Assembly: GCA_963832165.1 (NCBI GenBank)
Contig: CAWHTE010000011.1
Location: 224,001-288,000, forward strand
From: an uncultured delta proteobacterium
Lineage (GTDB): Bacteria; Myxococcota_A; UBA9160; SMWR01
Direction: 5' to 3'
DNA: 64,000 nt
Within the stretch, counting starts at the first letter, position 1. The number at the start of each line of letters is the position of its first letter. A program made the position numbers and the translations under genes. The notes beneath the pieces are model-generated. The model had not been told where the DNA came from. It saw only the letters and a program-made list of their open reading frames with translations, and did no database searches. Below are positions 18,276 to 28,183 of this stretch, piece by piece.

Positions 18276-20042
18276 ATGCGGGTGCGTTGGGGATCGATCG
18301 CCGTGGTATGCGCGCTCGCGGGTGCGCTGGGCTCCGCGTGTGGCGGGGGCGGCGGTGGAGGAGGAGGCGGCGGCGGCGCTGGAGCCCCTGCCAGCTCTGC
18401 GTTCCCTCAGGGCTTCTTGCCGGTGCGATTCGCCGTGACCGGCGGCAGCGGCGATGTGGCGTTCCGCTCGGGCGGCGATCTCTACGTGGTCGATGGGAGC
18501 GCCGACGTCACCGCGGTTTCGCGAGCGGACGGCACCGCGACGGTGTTCGCGAGCGATGTCGACAGCGGCAACGCCGTGTTGCGCTCGATCGCGGTCGGGT
18601 CGGACGGCAGGGTCTTCGCGGGCGACGACGCCGGAAACATCTGGGTGATTCCCGCGAGCGGCGGCTCCTCGGCGCTGCTCGTCGACACGGCGACTGGTGC
18701 CGAGGTCACGGGGCTCGCGGTTGCGCCGAACGGGTTCGGCACCGCGGGCGGCTCGCTGGTCGCAGCCGTAGGCACGGACGGGATCGTACAGGTCGCCACG
18801 GACGCGTCCGCGGCGGTGACGCCGCTCGTTCCCGGTGGAAACCGCTACGTCGACGTCGCGTTCTCGGGCACGACGCTGCTCGCGCTCGACGGGACCAGCG
18901 ACGAGATCGACACGGTCAGTGCGGCCGGTGTCGTCGCGTCGCTCCAGGGCGGCTTCAGCAATCCGGTGGGGATGGCCGTCGACGACGGCCGCGCGGAGAT
19001 CTGGGTCGCCGATGCGGGCGTCGACATCCTGCGCGCGGTTCCGGTCGCGGGCGGAGCCGCGCCGAGCGATCGCGCTCCCTACGATTTCAGCGCGACCGCG
19101 CCGAGCGGCGTCGCATACGACGGCGTCGGCACGATCGCGTTCGTCACGCGCGGATCGGTGGTGGTGCGGGGGTCGGCGGTCCCGCGCATCGATGTGGCGA
19201 GCGTCAACTTCGGGCCGAGCTTGAGCGGCCCGACTGTGGGCTACGGCGATCTCGAGCTCGATCGCGACGGCGCGTTCGTGCTGGTCGGGAACGACACCGT
19301 CGATCCGATGGGGAACTTCCTGTTCCGCGTGAGCCGCGACGGCGCTACCACGAGCGTGCTGAACTCGAACGTCGGTGCCGCCGGCGAGCAGCTGCTGAGC
19401 CTCGCGATCGATCCGGCCTCGCAGGCGATCTACATCGGGACCGACCAGGGAAACATCTATCGGCGCAGCTCCGACGGGACGGTCGCCCTGCTCGTCTCCG
19501 CGTCCGCGGCCGCCGTGCTCGGCCTCGAGCTCGCGCCGGGCGGCTTCGGCTCGTTCGGCGGTCACCTGATCGCCACGACCGAGGCAGGTGAGCTGCTCGC
19601 GATCGATCCGCTGAGCCCCAATCCGCCGGCGGGCATCACGCCGAGCGAGGCGCTCACGGCGCTGGACGACCTCGTGTTCGCGAGCGACGGAACCCTCTAC
19701 GCGGTGGAGAACGACGGCGGCGGGGCGGCGCGCCTGCTCTCGATCGCGGCGGATGGCACCGTGACGCGCCTCAACACGCCCAAGGGTCAGCTCGGCCGGC
19801 CCGACGGGATCGAGATCGACGAAGGCGGCGACCGCCTGCTCGTGACGAGCGTCTTTGCCGTGGGCGGCGACAAGCTGCTCGAGGTGGCGCTGTCCAACTC
19901 GGACGTGAACCAGCTCGCGAGCATCGACGTCGACAACGGCTTCAACCCGACCGGAATCGTCTACGACCGGCTCGGGACCGCGATCCTGCGCAGCGGCGGA
20001 GACACCTCCACGTCGCTCGACGCCATCTCCGTCTTCCCTTAG
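18276..20042 (+). CDS. Secreted lipoprotein with poly-Gly linker and predicted beta-propeller repeats
   Basis: Lipobox-like LGSA-C, run of about 11 Gly, repeated blade-like motifs (IAVGSDGRVF, PVGMAVD, LVFASDGTLY, PDGIEID). Confidence 0.8.
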   Translation: MRVRWGSIAVVCALAGALGSACGGGGGGGGGGGGAGAPASSAFPQGFLPVRFAVTGGSGDVAFRSGGDLYVVDGSADVTAVSRADGTATVFASDVDSGNAVLRSIAVGSDGRVFAGDDAGNIWVIPASGGSSALLVDTATGAEVTGLAVAPNGFGTAGGSLVAAVGTDGIVQVATDASAAVTPLVPGGNRYVDVAFSGTTLLALDGTSDEIDTVSAAGVVASLQGGFSNPVGMAVDDGRAEIWVADAGVDILRAVPVAGGAAPSDRAPYDFSATAPSGVAYDGVGTIAFVTRGSVVVRGSAVPRIDVASVNFGPSLSGPTVGYGDLELDRDGAFVLVGNDTVDPMGNFLFRVSRDGATTSVLNSNVGAAGEQLLSLAIDPASQAIYIGTDQGNIYRRSSDGTVALLVSASAAAVLGLELAPGGFGSFGGHLIATTEAGELLAIDPLSPNPPAGITPSEALTALDDLVFASDGTLYAVENDGGGAARLLSIAADGTVTRLNTPKGQLGRPDGIEIDEGGDRLLVTSVFAVGGDKLLEVALSNSDVNQLASIDVDNGFNPTGIVYDRLGTAILRSGGDTSTSLDAISVFP

Positions 20043-20695
20043 CTGGACCCAGCCGCCGCCGCGAGCCAGTGCGTCTGGTTCAGGTGCGCCGCGAACGGGT
20101 CGTGCGCGGCGTCGCTGTGCCACTGGTACTCGGTCACGAGTGCGACGGCTTCCGCGCGCGCGCGCCCGTACAGGCGCGCGATCACGCCGAGCGCCATGTC
20201 GGTGCCGGCCGAGACACCGGACGAGGTCACGAACGGGCCGTCCTCGACCCAGCGCGCCTGCTCGATCCAGTCGACCTTCTCGCCCTGTCCGCGCGCGAGC
20301 TCGAAGAAGATCTTGTTGGAGGTGGCGCGCCGGCCGTCGAGCAGCCCCGCGCGCGCGAACAGCGCCGACCCGGAGCACACCGACATCGAGACCTCCGCGC
20401 TGCGCGAGCGCGTGCGCAGGAACTCGTGCAGCGCGTCGTTGCCGAGCTGCGCGAGCGTGCCGATCCCGCCCGGCAGGAGCAGCAGATCGAGCGCGGGCGC
20501 GCTCGCGAAGCTGTGGCGCGCGAGCGTCTCCGGCCCCTGCGCGGAGCGCACCGGGCCCACTTCCTGGGCAACCGTCTCGATCCGCAGCTCGGGGCCGAGG
20601 CAGCCGAACATCTCGAGCGGCCCGTAGAGATCGAGCAGCTCGAAGTCGGGGTATAGGATCGCTCCGAGCGTTCGGACGCGGGCGGGCGAGGTCAT
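20039..20695 (-). CDS. DJ-1/PfpI family protein
   Basis: FELLDLYGP, LLLPGG, SVCSGS, TSSGVSAGTD; AGGAG RBS. Confidence 0.92.
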   Translation of the reverse strand: MTSPARVRTLGAILYPDFELLDLYGPLEMFGCLGPELRIETVAQEVGPVRSAQGPETLARHSFASAPALDLLLLPGGIGTLAQLGNDALHEFLRTRSRSAEVSMSVCSGSALFARAGLLDGRRATSNKIFFELARGQGEKVDWIEQARWVEDGPFVTSSGVSAGTDMALGVIARLYGRARAEAVALVTEYQWHSDAAHDPFAAHLNQTHWLAAAAGSS

Positions 20696-20797
20696 GATCC
20701 ACTCCTGCGCAGGGCGGGCGCACGGGCGAGGATCGTCGGCGCCGCGCGCGTCCGCAATGACAACCATCCGGCGAATCCGGCCATCCGGAGCGACTCG

Positions 20798-21511
20798 TTG
20801 GTATCCTCGGCGACCGTGACGTCGCCCCGGATCGTGCTCTACGCACCGCGCGGGATGCCGCTCACCGAGAAGGTCGGGCGCGCGCTGCGCGTGAAGAAGC
20901 TCGCCTTCGAGATCGTCGAGCCGGAGACCGCCGAGGACTACCGGCGATTCTCGCCCGAGACCGGGCTCCTGCCCGTGGTCGACGTCGACGGCGTGAGGGT
21001 TCCCGACTCGGCCGCCATCCTCGACTTCCTGGACGAGCGCTTCCCCGAGCCCCGGCTCGTCTCCTCGGACGTGCGCGCGGCGCGCGAGCAGCGGCGGCTC
21101 GAGAGCTGGATCGACGAGACGCTGGCCTTCTACATCCTGCGCTGGGTGCGCAGCCGGATCGGGCCCGACGTGCCGCTGCCCGTCCGCGGTGGCGGCTTTC
21201 CGCTCGGCTCGATGTCGGAGCTCGGGCTGGTCGGCCGCGGGCGGATCCGCACGGAGGCGTTCGATCCGGACGGGCAGGGTCCGGGGCCCGAGTTCGCGCG
21301 GCGGCTCGACGATCTCGATCACATGCTGGGCACGCGCCGCTATTTCTACGCGGACCGGATCAGCCGCGCAGATCTCTCGGTCTGCTCGTCGCTCTCGGTG
21401 ATGCACCGCGACATCTACCCCGGCGCGCGCGCGCTGCTCATGGCGCACGCGAAGCTCTTCGAGCACACCGAGCGCGTGCTCGACGAGACCGGTGGACCCA
21501 AGCCCGTGTGA
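20798..21511 (+). CDS. Glutathione S-transferase family protein
   Basis: LLPVVDVDG...DSAAILDFLDERFPEP and ISRADLSV; start uncertain (possibly 20816). Confidence 0.85.
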   Translation: MVSSATVTSPRIVLYAPRGMPLTEKVGRALRVKKLAFEIVEPETAEDYRRFSPETGLLPVVDVDGVRVPDSAAILDFLDERFPEPRLVSSDVRAAREQRRLESWIDETLAFYILRWVRSRIGPDVPLPVRGGGFPLGSMSELGLVGRGRIRTEAFDPDGQGPGPEFARRLDDLDHMLGTRRYFYADRISRADLSVCSSLSVMHRDIYPGARALLMAHAKLFEHTERVLDETGGPKPV

Positions 21512-21530
21512 GAACGCGAAGGAGAGCGCG

Positions 21531-21812
21531 ATGAAGGCCACCCTCGAAGGGCGCGTGATCGCCGAGACCGACGACATCGTCGAGTGCGCGGGCTATGCCT
21601 ACTTCCCGAGCTTCGCGGTGCGCGTGGAGTGGCTCGAGAAGGCGCCAAAGACGGAATCGGATCGCGCCTGCCCGCACGGCGTGCAGTTCTACGACCTCGT
21701 GATCGACGGTGCGCGCCACGAACGCGTCGCGTGGTGTTACGAGGCGCCGCGGCCCGCACTCGCGCACGTGACGGATCGCTTCGGCTTCTGGAAAGAGGTC
21801 GAGGTGAGCTGA
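21531..21812 (+). CDS. DUF427 family protein
   Basis: VIAETD, YFP, CP(H)G, AWCYEAP, FW; AAGGAG RBS. Confidence 0.85.
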   Translation: MKATLEGRVIAETDDIVECAGYAYFPSFAVRVEWLEKAPKTESDRACPHGVQFYDLVIDGARHERVAWCYEAPRPALAHVTDRFGFWKEVEVS

Positions 21813-21819
21813 GACGGAC

Positions 21820-23658
21820 ATGAGCGAATCCGCACCCGGAGCGGACCCCACGCTCGCCGACGCGCCCGCTCGCGAGCCGAGGGGGGATCTCGCCGTCGTC
21901 GGCACGATGATCCCGTACCTGCGCCCCTATGCCGCGCGGATCGCGGTCGCGCTCGCGCTGATCGTCGCGGCCAAGCTGCTGCACCTGCTCGTGCCAGTCG
22001 CGCTCAAGCACATCGTCGATCGGCTCGACGTCGAGCCCTCGCTCATGATGCTGCCGGTGGCGCTGCTGCTCGCGTACGGCTCCGCGCGGATCGGCGTCAC
22101 GATATTCACCGAGCTGCGCCAGGTGGTGTTCGCGCGCGTGATGGCGCGCGTGTCGCGCCGCGTGACACTGCGCGTGTTCGAGCACCTGCACTCGCTCTCG
22201 CTCGCGTTCCATCTCGACCGCCGCACCGGCGGCGTCGCACGCGACGTCGAGCGCGGCGGCGCCGCGGTCTCCGATCTGCTCGATCTCACGATCTACACGA
22301 TCCTGCCCACCGCGCTCGAGGTGGTGCTCGTCACGGCAGTGCTCTTGTGGGCCTATGACGGGGGCTTCGCGCTGATCGCGCTCGGGACGATCGCCGCGTA
22401 CGCGCTCTGGACCTTTTCGGTGACCGAGTGGCGCACGCGCTTCTTCCGCGCCGCCGTCGAAGCCGACACGCGCGCGAACGAGCGAGCCGTGGACTCGCTG
22501 CTCAACTACGAGACGGTCAAGTACTTCAACAACGAGGCGCACGAGGCGGCGCGCTACGACGAGCGCCTGCGAGAGCTCGAGGACGCGCGCGTGATGGCGC
22601 AGAAGACGCTCGCAGTGCTGAATCTCGGGCAGACCGTGGCAGTCTCGATCGGGGTCACCGCGATGATGTGGCGCGCGGCCGCCGGGGTGGTCGCGGGCCA
22701 GCTCACCGTGGGCGATCTCGTGCTCGTGAACGCCTATCTCCTGCAGCTCTCGGCGCCGCTCTTCCTGCTCGGGATGGTCTATCGCGAGTTCAAGCAGGCG
22801 CTCGTGAACATGGAGCGCCTGTTCGGTCTGCTCGACGAGCCGCGCGACGTGCGGGACCGCTCCGACGCGGAGGCGCTCTCGGTTTCGCGCCCGAACATCC
22901 GGTTCGAGGGTGTGCGCTTCGGCTACGACCCGCGCCGCGAGATCCTGCACGGAGTCGATTTCGAGATCGCGCCCGGCGGCACGGTGGCGGTGGTGGGTCA
23001 TTCCGGTTCGGGGAAGTCGACGCTCTCGCGTCTGCTCTACCGCTTCTACGAGGTCGGCGCGGGCGCGATCCGGATCGACGGTCGCGACCTGCGCGAGTTC
23101 ACCCAGGATTCGCTGCGCGCGGCGATCGCGATCGTCCCCCAGGACACGGTGCTCTTCAACGACACGATCTACTACAACATCCTCTACGGGCGCCCCGGCG
23201 CGAGCCGCGCCGACGTGGAGGAGTCCGCGCGCGCGGCGCACATCCACGAGTTCATCGAGACGCTCCCCGACGGGTACGAGACGGAGGTCGGCGAGCGCGG
23301 GCTCAAGCTCTCCGGCGGCGAGAAGCAGCGCGTCGCGATCGCGCGCGCGCTGCTCAAGAACCCCGCGATCCTGATCTTCGACGAAGCGACTTCCGCGCTC
23401 GACTCGAAGGCGGAGAAGGCGATCCAGGCGGAGCTCGAGCGCATCTCGGTCGGCCGCACGGCGCTCGTGATCGCGCACCGGCTGTCGACCGTGATGAGTG
23501 CGGACGAGATCCTCGTGATGGACGCGGGTCGTATCGTCGAGCGCGGAACCCACGACGAGCTGCTCGCGGCGCGCGGCCGCTACGCACAGATGTGGCAGCT
23601 CCAGCAGGAGGGCCACGACGAGGAGGCATCGCCCGCGCCGCAGGTGGCGGCGCGGTGA
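21820..23658 (+). CDS. ATM1/HMT1-type ABC transporter (fused permease-ATPase)
   Basis: DSLLNYETVKYFNNE, GHSGSGKS, VPQDTVLFNDT, VGERGLKLSGGEKQR, DEATSALD. Confidence 0.95.
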   Translation: MSESAPGADPTLADAPAREPRGDLAVVGTMIPYLRPYAARIAVALALIVAAKLLHLLVPVALKHIVDRLDVEPSLMMLPVALLLAYGSARIGVTIFTELRQVVFARVMARVSRRVTLRVFEHLHSLSLAFHLDRRTGGVARDVERGGAAVSDLLDLTIYTILPTALEVVLVTAVLLWAYDGGFALIALGTIAAYALWTFSVTEWRTRFFRAAVEADTRANERAVDSLLNYETVKYFNNEAHEAARYDERLRELEDARVMAQKTLAVLNLGQTVAVSIGVTAMMWRAAAGVVAGQLTVGDLVLVNAYLLQLSAPLFLLGMVYREFKQALVNMERLFGLLDEPRDVRDRSDAEALSVSRPNIRFEGVRFGYDPRREILHGVDFEIAPGGTVAVVGHSGSGKSTLSRLLYRFYEVGAGAIRIDGRDLREFTQDSLRAAIAIVPQDTVLFNDTIYYNILYGRPGASRADVEESARAAHIHEFIETLPDGYETEVGERGLKLSGGEKQRVAIARALLKNPAILIFDEATSALDSKAEKAIQAELERISVGRTALVIAHRLSTVMSADEILVMDAGRIVERGTHDELLAARGRYAQMWQLQQEGHDEEASPAPQVAAR

Positions 23659-24725
23659 GCGCGGCAGGGAACCCGACGGAGTCGGCCCGGCTGGCGCGCC
23701 CGATCTCGCTCGCGCTGCTCGCGGCCGCGCTGTTCGGTGCCGGGGTGCCCGCGAGCAAGACGCTGCTCGCGGAGATCCCGCCGTTCCAGCTCGCGGGTCT
23801 GCTCTATCTCGGCGCCGCGCTCGGAGTCGCACCAGCCACGTTGTTCGCGGGTGGGCTGCGCCTCCCGCGCGCGGGAGATCGCAATCGGCTGCGCCTGCTC
23901 GGCGCGATCGCTGCGGGCGGCGTGTGCGGCCCGCTGCTGCTGCTGTTCGGGCTGCGCCTTGCTGGGGCGGCGTCGGTGTCGCTCTGGCTCTCGTTCGAGG
24001 TCGCGGCAACCGCGCTGCTCGGTGTGCTCGTCTTCCGCGATCGGATCGGTGCCCTCGGCGCCGCGGGGGTGGTCTGTGCGCTTGCGGCCGCGCTCGTGTT
24101 GTCCGCACGCGAGGGCGCGAGCGGGGTTGCCGCGGGCGCGCTCGTGCTCGCCGCGTGCATTTGCTGGGGCCTCGACAACCACCTCACTGCGCTGATCGAC
24201 GACCTCGCTCCGAGCCAGATCACGTTCTGGAAGGGGCTCGGCGCGGGCACCGTCAACTTCGCGATCGGGGTTGCGAGCGCTCCGCTCGCGGGATCGGTCG
24301 CCGTGCTGTTCAGCGCGCTCGGCGTGGGCGCGCTCGCCTACGGGGTGAGCATCGCGTTGCTGATCTCCGCATCGCAATCGCTCGGAGCGACGCGCGCCCA
24401 GAGCTTGTTCGCGAGCGCGCCGTTCTTCGGCGCGCTGTTCGCGATGCTGTTCCTCGGCGAAGCGCTCGGCGCAGCGCACCTCGCGGGTGCGCTGCTATTC
24501 GCCGCGGGCGCCGTGCTGCTCGGGCTCGATCGGCACGCTCACACCCACGCGCACGCCGCACACGAGCACGAGCACGCGCACCGCCATGACGACGGTCACC
24601 ACGACCACGCGCATCCGGGCGAGCCGCGTTCGCTTTGGCACACCCACCGCCACCGGCACGAGCCCGCGGTGCACAGTCACCCGCATTGGCCGGATCTGCA
24701 CCACCGGCACGAGCACGAGGAATAG
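23655..24725 (+). CDS. EamA/DMT transporter with His-rich C-terminal tail
   Basis: Ten-TM-like EamA duplication (CWGLDN); tail HAHTHAH...HWPDLHHRHEH; GTGA overlap. Confidence 0.9.
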   Translation: MSAAGNPTESARLARPISLALLAAALFGAGVPASKTLLAEIPPFQLAGLLYLGAALGVAPATLFAGGLRLPRAGDRNRLRLLGAIAAGGVCGPLLLLFGLRLAGAASVSLWLSFEVAATALLGVLVFRDRIGALGAAGVVCALAAALVLSAREGASGVAAGALVLAACICWGLDNHLTALIDDLAPSQITFWKGLGAGTVNFAIGVASAPLAGSVAVLFSALGVGALAYGVSIALLISASQSLGATRAQSLFASAPFFGALFAMLFLGEALGAAHLAGALLFAAGAVLLGLDRHAHTHAHAAHEHEHAHRHDDGHHDHAHPGEPRSLWHTHRHRHEPAVHSHPHWPDLHHRHEHEE

Positions 24726-26564
24726 CTACTCGACGTATCCGAGGCCGCGCAGCTGGTCTTCGGTCGTCTCGTCGATCGCCGTCGGTGTCGCCGGCTCGGC
24801 GGCGCTCGTCTCGTAGCTGTCGATCCTGCGGACCTGTACGCCGCGCGTGAGCAGCGCCGTGGGCACGTCGCCCGCGAGGTCTTCGGCCACGGGCAGGCCG
24901 AGCAGCGTCAGCGCGAGGGGCACCACGTCGTAGATCGAGAGCGCGAGGCGCTCTGCGCCCGGAGCGATCCCGGGACCCGCGGCGATGAGCATTCCGTCGA
25001 GGCGATGTCCGCCCCACTCGCCGGGCGCGGACGCGAAGCCGTGGTCGGAGAGCACGATCACCGCCGTCTCGGGGCCGAGTTCGGCCACGAGCCGTCCGAG
25101 CAGCCGGTCCGACTCGCGATAGGCGCGTGCGACCTTGTCGCGGTGCGCGCGCAGCTCGTCGGCGGGCAGTGCTGCGTAGTCCTCGGGGCGGTGGAAGCGC
25201 CAGAACGCGTGGGAGACCCGGTCGGGCAGCGTGATCACGTGCGCGGTGACGCGCCAGTCGCGCCGCCACTCGCGCAGCGCGAGGCTCGCGCGCAGATGCA
25301 TCTCCTCGACGTCGACGAGGTGCTCGAAGATCGCGTCGCGCGCGATCGGATCCGCGACGCTCTTCCAACCGGTCGGCTCGACCACGTACATTCCCAGCCC
25401 CGCGACGAGCTCCTGCACCTCTGGCGAGCTCGCGTAGGGATGGATCGGCGCGCGCGGATCCTGGAACGCCGGGGTCGAGAGCAACGCCCCGCCGTCGAGT
25501 TGCCGCAAGCGCACGTACAGACGCCCGCTCGGCGCTGGCGTCGCGAGCCACGGAGACCACGCGCCGCGCGCGAGCTCGATGCGCTGGCCGGCGACGGTCC
25601 AGACCGCCGGATCCCGGTCGCGGCCTCCCTCCCGCGCAAACGCGATCGGCACCTGCGCGAGCGGAACCCATCCGCGCCGGGCCGCTGCAGCGATCGCGAT
25701 GTGACGCCATCTCCTCGCCGGGTCGAGCCATCCGCCCAGCGACGCCTCTGCGTGTAGGGAGGATCCGTCACCCGACGTCGCCACCTCCGCGTCGTGGAGC
25801 GGTCCGGCTTGCTCTTGCTCTCTCACGGCGATCGCGAGGTTCTGCGTGAGCCGCGGGTCGTTTCCGGCGCGGCGCAGCGGGGCCGGGATCGGGAAGCCCG
25901 ACACCAGCGCGCCTAGGGCGGCGGTGGGCGGCCACGTGCCGGGCACGTTCACCACGAGCGAGGCGAGCCCCGCGGCGCCCGCCATCTCCCACAACGTGCC
26001 GGTGCGCCGATTGGCGGAGTGCGCGCTGTGCCAGTCGACGATGCCGTGCTGCTCGGGCGGGCGACCCGAGAAGATCGACGTCCAGACCACGGGCGACACG
26101 GTCGGCTCGATCGATCGCAGCACCGCGCTGCGCCCGCGCGACGACAGCGCGGCGAGGTTCGGCAGCTCGCCTGCGCGGATCAGTGAGTCGATCACCGACC
26201 AGTCGCCACCGTCGAGTCCGATGATCGCGACGCGCGAGGCCAACGCGTCGCGCGGTTCGCTCTGCGCGAGTGCGTGAGTCGCAGCGGTGTCGGGAGCCGG
26301 AGGCACGAACGCGGAGACGACCGCGGGTGCCAACCCCGCGAGCGCGAGCGCCGCGGCCAGGCCGGTCGCGAAGCCGTGTCGCGCGCGCGGAGCCGCGATC
26401 GCGAGGCACACGCCGAGTCCGAGCCCGAGCGCTGCGTGCGCCAGCGCGAGTGCGCACGAGCCCAGCACACCGAACCCGTAGAGCCACGACCAGGCGACAC
26501 CGGCGGCCAGCGATCCGAGCACCGCGCCGGAGCAGGTTCTCGTCCCGGAGAGCGCGTTAGTCAT
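24726..26564 (-). CDS. Alkaline phosphatase superfamily (phosphodiesterase/nucleotide pyrophosphatase) membrane protein
   Basis: IIGLDGGDW, SPVVWTSIFSG, NVPGTWPP, DRVSHAFW, LSDHGF and C-terminal LRGLGYVE. Confidence 0.88.
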   Translation of the reverse strand: MTNALSGTRTCSGAVLGSLAAGVAWSWLYGFGVLGSCALALAHAALGLGLGVCLAIAAPRARHGFATGLAAALALAGLAPAVVSAFVPPAPDTAATHALAQSEPRDALASRVAIIGLDGGDWSVIDSLIRAGELPNLAALSSRGRSAVLRSIEPTVSPVVWTSIFSGRPPEQHGIVDWHSAHSANRRTGTLWEMAGAAGLASLVVNVPGTWPPTAALGALVSGFPIPAPLRRAGNDPRLTQNLAIAVREQEQAGPLHDAEVATSGDGSSLHAEASLGGWLDPARRWRHIAIAAAARRGWVPLAQVPIAFAREGGRDRDPAVWTVAGQRIELARGAWSPWLATPAPSGRLYVRLRQLDGGALLSTPAFQDPRAPIHPYASSPEVQELVAGLGMYVVEPTGWKSVADPIARDAIFEHLVDVEEMHLRASLALREWRRDWRVTAHVITLPDRVSHAFWRFHRPEDYAALPADELRAHRDKVARAYRESDRLLGRLVAELGPETAVIVLSDHGFASAPGEWGGHRLDGMLIAAGPGIAPGAERLALSIYDVVPLALTLLGLPVAEDLAGDVPTALLTRGVQVRRIDSYETSAAEPATPTAIDETTEDQLRGLGYVE

Positions 26565-26638
26565 GCGCCGGACGATTTTCCCTTGCGCACGCGCGCACGG
26601 ACGCGCAAGCTGAGAAGCGCTCGAAGGAGGAGTCAGCC

Positions 26639-26917
26639 ATGCGACGCATCGATCGATCGATCATCACGGCCCTTTGCTTCGTCTTCCTCGCGTTCGTTCC
26701 CGTGTCGGGATCTGCCGAGGACACGTCCGGTCTGAAGGATTGCGGTGACCGCAAATGTACCGAGTGGGCGCCCAAGGGCGAGAAGACGTGTCGGACCTGC
26801 AGCACGGTTCAGTGCGAGAAGCAGGGCGACCAGGAGCTGATGAAGGGCGTGAAGAAGGAGACCCAGTGCTACGAGGGCCACGGCGACCCGCCCAGCGACG
26901 AGGAAGCCGGGGAGTAG
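26639..26917 (+). CDS. Small secreted Cys-rich protein
   Basis: AGGAGG RBS, signal peptide, six Cys in the predicted mature part. Confidence 0.75.
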   Translation: MRRIDRSIITALCFVFLAFVPVSGSAEDTSGLKDCGDRKCTEWAPKGEKTCRTCSTVQCEKQGDQELMKGVKKETQCYEGHGDPPSDEEAGE

Positions 26918-26944
26918 CGCGGCTCGCTTCGGGGCGAGGTAACG

Positions 26945-28168
26945 ATGGGTGGGCCGCGCCGGGCCACGCTCGTCTTCATCCTCGTCACCGTCACGCTCGA
27001 CATGCTCGCATTCGGGATCGTGATCCCGGTGCTGCCCAAGCTCGTGCTCGACTTCACGGGCAGCGCGACGAGCGCGGCGTGGTGGCAGGGCGTGTTCGGC
27101 ACGCTGTTCGCGGTGATCCAGTTCTTCTTCGCCCCCGTGCTCGGCGCGCTCTCGGATCGCTTCGGACGCCGTCCCGTGATCCTGCTCTCGAACTTCGGTC
27201 TGGGGCTCGACTATGTGCTGATCGCGCTCGCGCCGAACCTGTGGTGGCTGCTCGCAGGCCGCGCGATCGCGGGCTTCTGCTCCGCCTCGATCAGCGTGCC
27301 GAGCGCCTACATCGCGGACGTCACGCCGCCGGAGGAGCGCGCGGCGGCCTTCGGCGCGATCGGCGCCGCGTTCGGCATCGGCTTCATCCTCGGGCCGTTC
27401 ATCGGCGCCCAGGCCGGCGGCATCGATCCGCGCCTCCCGTTCTGGATCGCCGGCGCGCTGACCCTGGCGAACTTCGCTTACGGAATGTTCGTGCTGCCCG
27501 AATCGCTGCCGCCGGAGCGGCGCGCGTCGTTCGATTGGCGCAACGCCAACCCGATCGGCTCGGCGCTGTTGATCCGCCAGTATCCCACGCTGTGGGCGCT
27601 GTTCGGCGTTTCGGTGCTCTGCTACCTCGCGCACGACTCGCTGCCGCACACGTTCTTTCTCTACGGCAACACGCGCTTCGGGTGGGACCAGAAGATGGTC
27701 GGGTACGCGCTCGTCGCGGTGGGCGTGATGAACGTGATCGTGCAGGCGGGTGCGATCGGCCCGATCGTGAAGGCACTCGGCGAGAAGGGCGCGCTCTACT
27801 TCGGGCTCGGCATGGGGCTCGCCGCGTTCATCCTCTACGGCGTGGCGTGGTCCGAGTGGGTCGTGTTCGCGGCGATCGCGCTCGGCGGCTTCTGGTGGAT
27901 CTGGAACTCCGCCGCGCAGACGATCCTGTCGAAGACGGTCGCGGCGACCGAGCAGGGCCGACTCCAGGGCGCGCTCGCGAGCGTGCGTGCGGCTTGTCAG
28001 GTGTTCACGCCCGCGATCTTCAACGGCGCGTTCGCGGTGGGCGTGCGCGTCGACACGCACTGGTCCGGCGCGCCGATGCTCGTCTCCGCGGCGTTGCTCG
28101 CGCTCGCGGTGCCGTTCGCGCTCGCGGCGACGCGCCGGATTTCCGAGACAGTCGCAGAGGCCCCGTGA
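26945..28168 (+). CDS. TetA-like MFS transporter (DHA1 family)
   Basis: GIVIPVLP, LGALSDRFGRRPV (motif A), AYIADVT, GFILGP, EQGRLQG. Confidence 0.93.
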   Translation: MGGPRRATLVFILVTVTLDMLAFGIVIPVLPKLVLDFTGSATSAAWWQGVFGTLFAVIQFFFAPVLGALSDRFGRRPVILLSNFGLGLDYVLIALAPNLWWLLAGRAIAGFCSASISVPSAYIADVTPPEERAAAFGAIGAAFGIGFILGPFIGAQAGGIDPRLPFWIAGALTLANFAYGMFVLPESLPPERRASFDWRNANPIGSALLIRQYPTLWALFGVSVLCYLAHDSLPHTFFLYGNTRFGWDQKMVGYALVAVGVMNVIVQAGAIGPIVKALGEKGALYFGLGMGLAAFILYGVAWSEWVVFAAIALGGFWWIWNSAAQTILSKTVAATEQGRLQGALASVRAACQVFTPAIFNGAFAVGVRVDTHWSGAPMLVSAALLALAVPFALAATRRISETVAEAP

Positions 28169-28183
28169 ATTATTCGATCGCGC

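Noticed and set aside
18341..18380. GGC/GGA microsatellite as a phase-variation tract
   Set aside because: Mixed synonymous Gly codons in frame; it encodes a linker, and triplet slippage would not switch expression.
18177..24108. Very long antisense or alternative-frame ORFs (e.g. 18177-20846, 21415-24108; also 42198-44882)
   Set aside because: Arg/Ala/Pro-rich shadow ORFs typical of high-GC DNA, overlapping well-supported genes.
24528..24725. Quasi-periodic CAC-rich DNA
   Set aside because: Explained by the His-rich protein tail, not a DNA repeat array.
26945..28168. Calling the MFS a tetracycline resistance gene (tetA)
   Set aside because: Family motifs only; no adjacent tetR or mobile context, so the substrate is unknown.
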